Source: Octopus sinensis
Lineage: Eukaryota
NCBI RefSeq assembly: GCF_006345805.1
Contig: NC_043008.1
Span: 40,548,001-40,612,000 of the forward strand
DNA: 64,000 nt
Direction of reading: 5' to 3'
The translations under genes and the position numbers were made by a program. Position 1 is the first letter of the stretch. Each line of letters starts with the position of its first letter. The notes under the pieces were generated by a model. The model saw only the letters and a program-made list of their open reading frames with translations. It did no database searches and was not told the DNA's origin. Positions 1-13,200 of this stretch are shown here, piece after piece.

Positions 1-221
1 AACATTTTTTTTATTCGAATGAATCAAGTGGGCTATGTATTTTTTAAAACCTCATAGATACACTAACGATAAATTTCACCGAAAGCGAGCTTACGGGAGG
101 TAAACTTATCATCAGCGGTTACCATGCAGTGGTGGTCGACTTATATAAAGAGAAAGCCGATTTACTGACACACACACACACACGCACGCACACACACAGA
201 CGCGCATACAGACACATATAT

Positions 222-612
222 GTATGATTATGTGGTAATTTGGTCCCCAAGCACATAGTTTTGGGTTCAATTTCACTGGGTGACACCCTGCTCAATTGTC
301 TTCTAGTATAGACTAATGCAGACCAAAGTCTTGTGAGTGGATTTCGTAAAAGGAATAAAAAAATCGTATATATGTTTGTGTGTGTGCCTGTCTGTGTGTG
401 AGTTATTGTGTATGTATTTGAATGTGTGCGTCTTTGTGTCTGTGTTTGTCATCCCGCAACTAGACAAAGGGTACTGGCGTGTTTACGTCGCCGTAAATTA
501 GCCGCTCGGCAAAAAAATCGCTATAAGTACCAGCCGTAAGGTTACTGCGATCAATTCATTTCTTCAAGACGCTGGTGTAACACGAATGCAGTCTAATGAA
601 TGAAACAAATAA
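222..612 (+). mobile_element. Degenerate tRNA-derived SINE, family A (same family as 31076-31482)
   Basis: Collinear with the 31076 copy: ...gggttcaatttcactgg..., gaccaaagtcttgtgagtggattt, internal (TG)n, gtgtttacgtcgccgtaa, aagtaccag, tail aatgaatgaaacaaataaaa. Confidence 0.7.
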
Positions 613-626
613 AACATACAAGGTAC

Positions 627-698
<72 letters not shown>

Positions 699-754
699 TA
701 GTACGTTTACTGGCAATATGACCATTCCGAAATATAACAATATATATATATTGT

Positions 755-945
755 TAATCCAAACATGAAAACACAACAACGCGAGGGCGTGCAGGAAGTA
801 TAGTGTTATTGGACGCTTAGGAAAGGAAAGAAAAAAGGAGGATTTAACGTTTCTAGCGGAGCTCTTCGTCAGAAACATAAGAAAAGGAAAGATCCAAGGA
901 AGGGAAGACGGAGGAAAAAATCGCCAACGGTACACACGCGGTCAC
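755..945 (-). mobile_element. Short non-autonomous Penelope-like (pLTR-type) element carrying a minimal hammerhead
   Basis: Non-coding ~190-bp segment between (TA)n tracts with a minimal HHR at 842-876. Same layout as the 41035 and 59701 elements. Penelope link inferred from HHR type. Confidence 0.5.
842..876 (-). ncRNA. Minimal type I hammerhead ribozyme motif
   Basis: Minus strand reads GUUU-CUGACGA-A-GAGC-UCC-GCUA-GAAA-CGU-U-AAAU: canonical core, stem II AGC/GCU with a G.A mismatch at its base, palindromic stem III ACGU, stem I GUUU/AAAU, GUU cleavage triplet. Confidence 0.6.
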
Positions 946-1482
946 ATATATATATACATACACACACATATGTATATATGTGTTATGTATATAAGTATGT
1001 GTGCATGTATGTAGGTAGGTAGATAGGTACGTAGGTATATACATATAGGACAAGCTTCTTTTCATTTGTGTCTAAGAAATCCAGTAGGAATATCTTTTCG
1101 GCCAGAGGCTATAGTAGTGCAAACATGACCAGATGCTTGGTCAACGGTTTATTCCGCTCATGTCTCAATTCCTGCTTATTTATTTGCCAACATCTAGAAG
1201 GTAAAACAATGATCAAACATGAAAAACCTTCATTGTTTGCTAATTATTTATATCCTATAATTGCAAACTTCTATATTTACATTGTAGATTAATATTTGAC
1301 GACACCTCACAAACATTTTACTATAATTGTTTTCAAAATCATTGGACACTTAAAATATATATATATATATATAGAAAATTCGGGGTGAGTACTTGATAAT
1401 TATAAGCACCCGTGTATACCGTTTGGTGGTGTAGGTGGTGGAGTAAATTGATCAAAATAAAAACATTATGCCAAGGATTCAG

Positions 1483-1557
1483 CGGTACATATGTTTCGGG
1501 CCTTTATTAGACAGATTTATAACAATGCATAATGTATGTCTGTGGCCTTCTTCAGCC
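1483..1557 (-). ncRNA. Type I hammerhead motif with long stem II insert, in a Penelope-like terminal fragment (~1375-1600)
   Basis: Minus strand GG-CUGAAGA-A-GGCC...(ACAGA/UCUGU pairing)...GGCC-C-GAAA-CAUAUGU-A-CCG: intact core, palindromic stem III ACAUAUGU, GUA triplet, short stem I. A partial second copy lies at 54899-54985. Confidence 0.55.
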
Positions 1558-2013
1558 AAAGGAATTTAATCATTTTGTTGCATGCTGTAAGAGATGCTTA
1601 TTTATTCACCGGCAAATTTATCCTATTTTTGTTCCCGTTACTCAGAAGAATGTCACAGTTATATAATAACGCACATGTACGTGACGTTAACTGATAATTT
1701 ATATCCACTCGAACTTGAAATAAACAACGCTATGGATACGTGTGAATGAGTATTTCAATGTTTTAAAGTATCCATTTATTTTTATTTACATTTTGTTTTT
1801 CGTTTCGTCTTCTCTCATAATTGAAAGGGAAAGTTCTGAAACGTTAGTTCATAATGCGACCAGAGATTTAGCACTCTTGATGCTTTGCAATATAAATTAA
1901 AGTTCTGTATGATAGGATCCAAGAATATAGTTGCAACCAAGGAATATATTTTTCTCCTATTCTCTCAAGTTACGAACAGTCAACTGGAGGTTCTATTACT
2001 CGTGCAAGCAAAG

Positions 2014-2061
<48 letters not shown>

Positions 2062-2800
2062 TATATAATTATATATGTTTCTTACACCATCTACTTGATA
2101 TAAGAGCGAAATTTCCATAAAAATCACAGTTCCCTATTAAACACAAATGTTATAATTGCACAGAAATAAAGAAAAATGCAGTTATAGTCACGATGTACAT
2201 ATTTACGATAAAACTGTTGCAATGTAAAAAAGACCACACGAAACCTGATGCCGATCATTTACGATTGAGATAAGTCTATCAAGGACGGCAGGTGTTGCAA
2301 GGCAAAGAAGCTCATCATATACGATGCCTTTTGCATTCTTGTTTTTGTGGAAACTAAATAGCATAAGATGTATCCCCGTTAAAATTGTAAAGAGATCTAG
2401 GAAGATGACAATCTTAGTAAAACGGAAAGATAGAAATACATAGTGGAGATTCAGAAAAAAATATAAAAGTTGGATGTGGATTTGTTTTCGAAGGGAACGA
2501 TATTGAAAATTTATACATACATTTCTTTCGTAGCGTTGTGTTTATTTTAGAGAAAACAGATAATTTATTTATCATGTATTGTCTTCTGAAGTGATTTAAA
2601 AAAAAGTAATTTACTGTATTATTTACTCTTAGATCGGATAGTTATAATATACATACATATATGATTTTGTGTGTGTATGTGCATGTATATACCTAGCATA
2701 TGTGCATAAAGATATTCCACATTTATGTCCACATACGTGCATATATAAATTCATAAATATGCATGCATATGGCACACACACACACACATCTACACACACA

Positions 2801-2835
<35 letters not shown>

Positions 2836-5581
2836 GTATATATAAATATATATTGATATACACGCGTGAGTGTGCAAAGATATAAAATTAATGGAGAAAA
2901 CAATGGCAAATAGAAAGAAAGGAAAGAAATGATGATGCAAAATAAAGCAGAAATATTATATAAATAAATAGCAAAATAAAAGGAAAATAAGATTGAAAGC
3001 GTAGCAAGAAGACAACGAAAACGTACAAACAAAATGGCGATATAAAATATTTTCAGTTATTTTGTACAATTACATAATCTATAAGAAATTATATTGTGTA
3101 TATTGCGTTCGATGAATTCAAGAGAACTTGGAAGCTCTCAACATAATAATGTAGTAATCTAAGAATAATACGGACAAGAATGTGATGGAAGGAAAGAAAA
3201 ACTGGCTTGAAAATAGGAATAAAAATAAGAATACGAATAGAAAATAAAAGACAATAAGTAAAAGAAAGCAAATAAGAATATGAATCACAATAAGTATACG
3301 AAAAACATAAAACTGGTCGATGGAAAATTATTTTCCAATTTTCTCAACAAAAGAGTTATGGAAATTACTATGCTCCTTTATCTTAAATTATTTTAGCACA
3401 TCTACAGTTAGTTTTAAAAAGATATTCTTTTAGTGATAAATTGAATGTGTTGAAATCAATTCATTCTAATTCCAAACATTATTTTTTTAACTTCTTTTCT
3501 GGCCTTTCTACCCACTCTAAACCGAATATATAAGGAGATAAACAAGCAAAACAAATTATAACAAAAATCATTTTTCTTTATTTAGAGTGATGGTTACCAC
3601 TCACTGTAATTCGTCTCCGAGATGTAGTTTCAATTCCCAGTTGACCTCTATCGATTTTCTTAATTCTGATTTCATGTGTTAGTATCAAAAAGGAGGGGCT
3701 GAGTTCTTATAAGTTACAATGTACCTTCAATGTATCAGTAAAATCATTAGTGATAGAGGAACAAGGAATGATTCAGCATTATTTACAAATTGGTTATACG
3801 TAAAACTCATAAGTCATGACGGAGCAGATGTAGCAAATATATCTAGCAGAAATGTTTGCTCTGCATGTCAGTAATGACATGTAATTTTCAAATTTCTCTT
3901 TTACAATTTAAATCAAAAACGCTGAAAATATACTTCAATCACAAACTCTATGAGCTTAATGTATTTTTGTATCAATCTCTAAAGAATTTCTTTAATTGGG
4001 AGGAAGAAGAACTTCACGTTTCTAATTATTTATTTAGCATCTCAATAAATCAAATCAGATAGCCAATGGTGAAACATATTTTGCGGTCACGTATCTTGTA
4101 GGAAAGAACAAGCAACACTCCTGTTTAATACCGGAACAGGTTATATTAGTTTATGCAATCCATTATGGTAATTAAGAGACAGGATTGTCAAAGAAATCTT
4201 ATATTTGATACACTTCAGTTTGGCCGTGTTTGGAATCTAGAAATTCACTAATATTGATAAAAACAAACACGCCACTGTATCAGTCATTGTGATGTTCTAG
4301 ATTTAGTAGCCACATGACTGCGTATAATTTCCAAGTTTTCAATGAAAATCTTGCATTAGTCATAGACTGAAATTGTGTCATGTGTAACAGTCATATATTG
4401 CAATTTACTTTGAATCATCTACGAACAGTGGAAAGGCCTGTGTATTTTTAACCCTTAATCTCTCAATGATGTTAGAGAATATTCAAGTCTGTTAAATAAA
4501 TGATCTTTTTCTCTTTATTTTACTCTGTTGAATCTCTTTTGGTCTTTCTGCATAACCTTTTCCAGTAGTAGCAGTAGGTTTTCCATGAGCACTTATTTTC
4601 CTATCACGTGTTTAACATTTCTATATCGGATTAACAACAGTTTCACTGCCTGTAAATTTTTTCCTAGATCGGGATCGATTTTCGGTTAAAGAATTGCAAG
4701 GTATTTCAGTAAAAGTTTCTTTGTAATTTCTTTCTACCTTGCGCAAACAACACTTTCAACATACATTTAATGAGAACTATGTAAACGTTATGTTTACACA
4801 AAATGCCAGCTTTATAATTTTCATTATATACTGGACACAATTGAACAATCTATAGCCCTAGTAATATTGTTGTTATTTGTATGGAATATAAAATAAGTTA
4901 AGGGCAGTAAATCTTGGTTAACATTCAACTATATGCTGACGGTACCTTATAGATTATACAAAGGCTGCAAAACCCCCGGAAACATTAATAGCAAAGCTTT
5001 AACTACAATATAACTTCCATTTCAATCATGGAATAAAGCAAATATTCAAACTCATACCAGTTTCCAATAATCAAGCCTAATATAAAATATATAAAATATA
5101 ACGAGGTGTTCTTTTTTTTATCAGGACTCTTTAAAATAAATGGTTTCCGATTGGATAAACTTCTGCATTTTCGCTCGTTATGTTGATGTATTTTTAGTTA
5201 TATTTAATATTAGGGCGTTAACCCTGAAAACATGGCCATTAAACACAATGGATTGATAATTTAATTTTTACCTAAACATAAAATTGTATCTTTATGTTCT
5301 TACGATGAAACACATAATAAATATTTAAACACTGCATTTAGGATATTTCATGCCGCGTTTAATGTTTATTGAAATACATATCAAAAACATAAATTCCATG
5401 ATAACAATTTACTGTATAATACACCCACGCACAGATAGGTGTACAGTTAGAAAACATGTGCTGAAGCACAAACTCCCGTTTAAATAAACACATCTAATTA
5501 TACATACACACGTATACATATATACAAATGTATACTTATATACACATATATAACTATACAAGTGCCTCCATCTGTGAGTGC

Positions 5582-5805
5582 GTGACCCGGTATTTTAACA
5601 TTGTCCTTAATACTTTCTATAGGCTATCGGTTATTTAATTAGCCGTACATAAAAAATATGTATTTATTATGTCTGAATTTATGTACATATTCATGACTCT
5701 ACACATGATACAAGTATATCGGGCAAACCGAGTGAACGTCATAACAGGGTCTGTGACTTGTCACTAAGCGGTGCCGTACCACTAGCCATTTTTGGTTACT
5801 AAATG
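5582..5805. repeat. Unclassified ~225-bp dispersed repeat, copy 1
   Basis: Collinear with 8047-8271 from gtgacccggtatt to cactagccatttt, roughly 80% identity by eye. Confidence 0.8.
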
Positions 5806-7774
5806 TATCAATATCTATTTAAGTCGCTGTGCGAATGTATGTGGTCCAAACCCCGTGTGGGGATATGATTATATCTTCGTATAAGATTGTACAAGCTAGT
5901 GTGTGTGCTCCAGAAAGCGTAAATGAGGGCGTTTGTACGTCCATATTCACTAACCGTTATATCTAATTGTTTTCTTCGCTGTATTATATATTTGTTTCTT
6001 CTTTCATCTGATATGTGTTATTTATCTGCTATAAAAATGAAGCGGCATGTCTTAATTTGCTGCGTTTGTATACATATACCAAGAAGAAATATTGCAGAAC
6101 AGAAGTTATTTTAACGAGATACATTCTGTCACCTGAGGAGACACATCCACACCTAAGCCAGGTGTGTGTTCAACACATCAACCATGAGGAATCGATGGTT
6201 GTTGGGTCGAAAAATTCTAGTGAGCGTCTCTCATCAATCCAATGTACAACGAACACTGAGAAAGAGGACCCTTAAACTACCAGGTATATACCATACAATT
6301 AATTAGTTATATATATATATATATATATATATATAATGTGTGTGTGTGTGTGTGTGTATGTATGCTTGTGTGTGTGTATGTACCTTAGATATAGCGCTCT
6401 TTTATTACTTATTCAATAGGTAATGATATGATCTGACTTGAGATCTCGATTAATTTCTTCAAACTTCGTATTGCAGTTAAATGCCAAAAGTAATACAGAT
6501 TAAAGCAAATTGACAATGAATCATTAAAATGATTATGAGACAATGTTAATACGCTACACACTGCCATTAACATTAGTGCTTTACAATGACAATATCTCAC
6601 TTCCATTTAGATTCACCTATGACGGCTTACTTCGTCAGGTATCCTGCTATATATATTATATGGTGCCTTGCTAGATTGCACAAGCTTCTTTATTTTGTTT
6701 TTCGTATTATTTCTATTCTATTAGTTGCTGGCTGTTTCTTTAGTCAGTTGGTGGTAGACAATACTACCTTGTATATTAAACAATATATACATCATGTTTT
6801 TTTCAAGAGCGATATTGTACGCCGGTCAAAATACATTCTCATCACTCGAGGAACCTATCTTCTTTTCTATTTTGCAAAGGACATTGCTTTATGTTTCGCT
6901 GATGCTATCACTGCGATATTTGTCCAAGTTGTTATCTATACTTCGTATTTTTAGCCAAAATTTTTTCTCGTTCAATTTCATAAATATTCTAACGTGCTGC
7001 TCTTCAAATTGCATTAGCTTTCCTCGGATTTATCACTTTTGTACCTATAATTTTCTCTCACCTTTCTCACAGCCAGCCATTTTTGCTGCTTCGAATATTA
7101 CGTTCTTTAACATCCCTGATTTTAAATAGATGGAAATGAAAATGACAACCTCAAAGCAAACCTGTTGTCTTAGAGGGACAAAACACTCATGACGTTTCAT
7201 AAAGAAAAAATTCGTATGTACAAATATAAAAGTTTTCTAAAAATCATTTCATTTAACAAGGGGAATACACGTTATTTTGTTATTACATTATTTTAAACTT
7301 TGAAATATGCTCAGCCATAGGTTTATTATTACGTTTATTATACGCATAAAAATGAAAGTTTTGCAATCATGCATATGACAAATATGAATTTCATTGCTAT
7401 TATATTTCATTATAAAAATATATTTTAAATAAATGCATATTTAATGTAAAATAATCATACTCCTTTATGTGATTACATATACTAAAATATTTACTTATAA
7501 TAAAACAAAGTTTGACAAATTCGATTCCATATTTTCTGCATAAAGCAAATTTTGCATATATGAATTCAATGAATAAATTGAATAAATTTAACTTTCAATT
7601 CGTTTCTCTAAATACAATAAATGGAACGGAATTTTGATCCGAGGAGAGCATGCGATATGTTTCAAGGTCTCTTTCAGCGCAGTTAATATTTTCCCGATAA
7701 GTACGTTTCAATTCAAATATTGTTTTTGATATTCCCCCAATTCATATATCTTTTATCGTTTACTTCGGTTATTA

Positions 7775-8329
7775 GATTGCGGTCAGGCACGACTTTGAAG
7801 AATGTTTAAGCAGATGAATCCACACTTAATTTGATAATTTGTTAAGCCTGGTACTTATTCTAGCGCTAAGTTACGGACACGTAAACACGCCAACACCGGT
7901 TGTCAATTGGTGGTAGGGCACACACATAAAGTGATCCCGTCACACACATACACGTATGTACAACGGTCTTCTTTCAGTTTTCATCTACCAAAACAACTCG
8001 ACGATATATTGGAAGACACTTCCCCCAAGATGCTCAGCCTGATTATGTGACCCGGTATTCTAATTTTGTCATTAATACCTTCTATAGGAAATCGGTTATT
8101 TAATTAGCCCTACATATACAAATACTCATTCATTATGTCTGAATTCACGTACATATTTATGACTCTACACATGATGCAAGTATATCGGCCAGACCGAGTT
8201 AACTTCAACACAAAGTCTGTAACGCCTCACTAAGCAGTGTCGTATCACTAGCCATTTTTAAGCACTGAATGCGGCTCGCCCGAAATCACGTGGTTGGGAA
8301 GCAAACTATTTATCACACAGCGATGCCTG
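7775..8329 (-). mobile_element. Family A SINE split by a nested insertion
   Basis: tRNA-like head at 8272-8329 (minus: caggcatcgctgtgtgataaatagtttgcttcccaaccacgtg) and body at 7775-8046 (catcttggg..aagtgtcttc, ttggtagatgaaaactgaaagaagacc, gtgtttacgtgtccgtaactt, aataagtaccaggc), separated by the 8047-8271 repeat. Confidence 0.65.
8047..8271. repeat. Unclassified ~225-bp dispersed repeat, copy 2 (inside a SINE)
   Basis: Direct homolog of 5582-5805; interrupts SINE head and body. Confidence 0.8.
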
Positions 8330-10171
8330 TGAATTATTCATATTTATGTAAATGCATTTTCTATAAACCATGTCTCTCTTGGCATGTTACCTATTACCTC
8401 ATTATCAAGTTTTTCATCTGGATCATTCGAAAGAACATTTGCCACTAATTCTCCCCGGGCAAAAACCGCATAAAATGTCTCAAATTTGTGAGTATGTGAC
8501 TATACTACTAGTAAGGAATATAATTATTACTCTCCTTGGAGCAATTTCCAATTGTTGTTTACCAACAAATATTTAAGTATTTTACAGAGAGTCCTATCGA
8601 GCTAGGTATAATATACTTCCACGCAGCAAAAATAAGCGGTTTCTAATTGTTGATATAGCTGCATTCAATAAATCGAAATCCGTTTACCGCAGAATTAAGT
8701 GTTCTACTAACATGATGTAGCATATATGTCGCTATTCTCATTAACCTCCCCATCTTTTCTCTATTCCTTCGAATTTTCCTACACTCATTTTTTTCCCTTT
8801 TAGTTGGGAGTTTATTATTGTATGTGGGAGTGGAACTTTCTTGGATATTATTTTGTTGGCATAAGATCAGAAAATAAACTTTGGCTGCAATTTCTTTTAA
8901 AATCTTTATGTCGTTCCAATAAATGAATTAAATAAAATCAGTTGTCTTGTATTTTTCTTTTCCCCAATAAACGTGAAAATGCAGTTTTCTTTTCCCAACT
9001 CTCTGCTCTCTCACTGTATATCCCATCACAGTCGATTTTCAATATATTTTTTTATTTTGGCGATGATACGATTTATACCTAAACGGTATGATGTGTTACC
9101 GGAAGCGAAATAATGTCGGATCATATGCTTTAATTAAGTGTTCCGATACATTAATCTTTGTTTCTTGTTAAAATCCGGATAGGGCCTAAGTAAGTGGTTG
9201 ATTTAACTCGTTCGCCAATATAACGTTAACATCCAGGTGTCCACGTGATAAGTGTTGATCAGAGGAAAGTGTATGATTGGTAGAAATACGGAGAGACAGA
9301 GTAACTTATCTCTTATAACTATAGCATTGTAATACTTTCCTTATTTGTTCGGTATATTCATGTTGATGTTTTTTGCAGATATTTTTATGTGTTTCTATAT
9401 CGGGTTGAGGGATAATCCATGACCTTTTTTCAAATTTATTTTAAACAAAAATCTACGAAAAATTTATAAATAATACACTTATTTATTTTCACACTTAATT
9501 TTTGAAGTGTGAAAACCAACGGCGGGCGGTATATTGAGGCATTGTTCTTTCGCCATGCACAACACAAATCTCACGGGCAGCGTCGCAGGCCTAACAGCAC
9601 GATTAGATGCAAAAAGCAAATTGTGTCGAAAATGCTCAGTTTTATCCAATTACCGTTCCATTTTCATAATCTGAAAATACATAAATATAAATAATATAAA
9701 AAACATCAAGACACACTGTCTCGTAGTTCTCTTTTAAATAACAAAACATATTGCTAATGCTTTTATCTCTGCGTACGTTTTTGAATTTAAAAAAATACTC
9801 GTGAATTATTCACCAACCCAACACACGCGCGCGCACACGCACATAAAAGAGAACCCAAGGGATTGAAAAATCCAGGCATATACCAAAAACGCACTTAGGT
9901 TTCAACGCATTTAGCTAATTATAGCAAACTCTCAGGCGCCAATGAATGCAAGCAGAATCAACATCTAGGTAATCCCTCATGTATGACAAGTAGATACAGA
10001 TATAATTTAAAAGAACTTTGACAAATTCTATCCATCAAATAATTACACAGATGGAGAAAATCACATCTTTAATTGTAGAAAATTCTGCCGGTACCCTCTT
10101 GATCTATCTATCTACTTATCTCTGTCTGTCTGTCTGTCTGTTTCTCTCTCTCTCTCTCTCTCTTTATATAT

Positions 10172-10204
<33 letters not shown>

Positions 10205-13200
10205 GTATGTATATGCATATATATATATGTATATATGCATCTATGTATGTATGTATATATATATATACATATATATAAACATGCATACGTTCAGGCCACG
10301 TGCGTGTGTGTGTTTGTGCTATGATTCTGTCTCGGGAGTTACAAATGTTACTAAGCGGTCTTAATACCAGGTATTAATTTCATTTGATACCTGTTACTTC
10401 TTAAAATTAATCTTCCAAAATATTTCTCCCTTTCTTAATTACTATTTTCTAACTTATCGCTGCATACACTTCTGAGGGAAACCTGTGAGGTTATTTGCTA
10501 GAAATTAATTTTGGAAAACAATTTTTCTTGTTATTCATTATATCGCTATAATCTATATTTTAAAGCAAATAACCTTTCCATATGTATTCCCATATGTAAA
10601 ATTTAAGTTTTTTCATTTTATATATTTTAATCACTTATCGCATAAAACCTATTCTATCTCTTCGTTCCTTTTATTTCTTCAGAGGATAAGCCATTGTAAT
10701 CAAGGTTATCTTATTGTACGAAAATTATATTTTTATTTACTTCATTTACCTCGCTATTTTCTCTCTTACTTTCTATAAGTATATCTTCATTTTCTAATCC
10801 TAAAGTAATAAAAGTATTGTGGTAGTAATTACCATAGTTTATACTTAATTTTGAAAGCCCAGCTTAAAACTGCCTTGTTTTACACACGACAAAGATATCT
10901 ATTACTTACACACATTTTGTGGATTTGAGATATCGTCGGCAACCTATTCCGCCTGTACACGACATGGAAGTATTCATTTCGTTGGTTTAGTACACATGTC
11001 AAGTGAACGGTAATAGTGGACTCTTTATGACTCTTGAATGTTTTCTAATGCCTCAGTACTCCAGTTAGCAAATGATTTAAATTGGTAGGTATCACAAATA
11101 CACAATCTGCTTACTATAATTCATGATAGACTGTGAAACGCATCATTTTGCAGGCAGATTTGGCGAAACATTCTCAAGTCCGTAGTTTTCGTGTTGAATA
11201 GTTCCCCATAACACATATTCAAGCAGTGAACAAAGATCTAGATATATAATGAGATATTTATTATAAGACTGTAGAATATAAAATGGATTTGCAGACTTGG
11301 ATTTTTATGTTGCAAATGATTTAAGGAAGGTTCCGCAGAGCATAACCCAAATGCAAAATGAATTTGCGGAGATATAATAAACTATACACTAGCTACCTAA
11401 ATCTCAAACATATGTAGTAGCAACCTTCTCTACGAACATGAACGGCGCGACTATTTACAAAATATTCCTAATAAACTATCCGTAATAAGCTGAAAATTTG
11501 TAACTTTGAAACTCATTGTAGCTTTACATAAAGATCTATAAAACAAATTTATAAAAAGTATATGTCGGTAGACAAATATAATAAAACAATAGTCATGATC
11601 CTTCATAAAAACAAAAAAGTTATGCCACATTAGTCGCATTTCATGAGGCCCATGCTTCTTGGCTCCATTAAGGTTTAAAATGGAAAACTCCTTATTCATT
11701 TTTTACTCTCTCATCATTAGTCAAATAATTAATTAAAAATTACGTACAACAAAACTATATTCACTACCATCAAGCAATATGAGCTGAAATGAGCAAACAA
11801 ACATGGTTTGGATGCTTTTATATACTAATATGCTTCTAAAATTGTAAGTTATAAATTGCTGTTATTGAAGGAATAAAAACAAAAATGTTTCATGCATTAA
11901 AATGAAAAGTTATTATCCACCGTTACGTAAAATAAACCAACACAAAACTTCCTAGAATGAATCGAGGTGAATTGAGCATGCTAATACAACATCAGTCGTG
12001 TAAAGCATTGGTATTGTAATGAAAGAAATTAATTAAAACTAAAAAATAAGTTTGGAGAACAATAATATTCTATCAATGGCGTGTTGCTTTGTATTATTCA
12101 GCCAGTTTGTTCGAAAATATAATGTCAGTAGCTTTCAATGACCGCTTCTTGTATTTCTATGGAAATGCGATGCTAAAGATTTTTTTATATCAAATGAGAC
12201 AAATAGATCGCATCTTTTTACCTTTTCCACGTTCTGTTGCTTTAATATATTTACACACTACCATGTGAAACGTATAGTGTGTTCCTCTGTAAGAAATTCC
12301 AAAAATATCTCTTTGTGACCACCGGGTCTCATTGGTTCATGGAACGGGCCTGCTGTAACTGGACTTCATTTAAAGTTGACACGACGTAGTATGTGATATA
12401 GTATGTACTTGCATGGTGGTGTTGATCCTCTACGAGCATCTTCTATTGTTTTACGCGCGAGAAGTACCTTTTATATATTTAAAAATTTTTTTCGGTCGCA
12501 TTGTTTAGATAGATGTATTCATACAGAAAATGTAATGTTCATTATTGAATCAAAACCTTATAGAATATTTCTAGAAATACCTTAACAGGTATTAAATCGC
12601 ACTGCTAACACAAAACGTAGGACACGACATTGACTGATAACTCTCTAATATACGTGGTAGTATATCATGGTTGCAAAATAATACACATGGCTCTAGCAAC
12701 AATTGTTATGTACGTCAGAGATGCCAAGAACGAATTTAATATGTAAATTGGTCTATCCAACAGTGTTATACCACTAAACATAGTGGCTATAATAGCAATG
12801 TGTTTGTGGATGGATAATGGTTTGGATGTGATGCTGAAGAAGGAGCAACAGTTCCTGAAATGCACATACACACCCATTAACCATTTCCTATCTTGAGCCA
12901 CATTGTTAACCTAGACGTATAGTTACATTAAACGTCATAACTTTCAGTTCTGCCTTAAATTCTATAGAAAATCTGTATAGATGATTTAACGCCTTTAGTC
13001 ACTTTGCCCAATATATTGGACAATATTTCAGCATAAATTACAAGAAAATAATCTATAATTATGTTGAGTTAGAGTTACTAATTTATTGGACACCACTAAA
13101 ACGCTTGTATAACCAAGACCACGTTGTTCTGACTCATTGTTTGCTCACAAGGCATAGAGCTTGGCTGCGTCTTCTCGTAAATCTGACAATGTTAGCAAAT

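Noticed and set aside
6129-6223. CUGAGGA...GAAA with GAC/GUC and UCAC/GUGA pairings and two internal hairpins
   Set aside because: Stem III cannot form as monomer or dimer (AAAUUCU); single copy; probably chance.
9398-9490. tatcgggttgagggataatccatgac, resembling a mariner terminus
   Set aside because: No second TIR or transposase motif found nearby.
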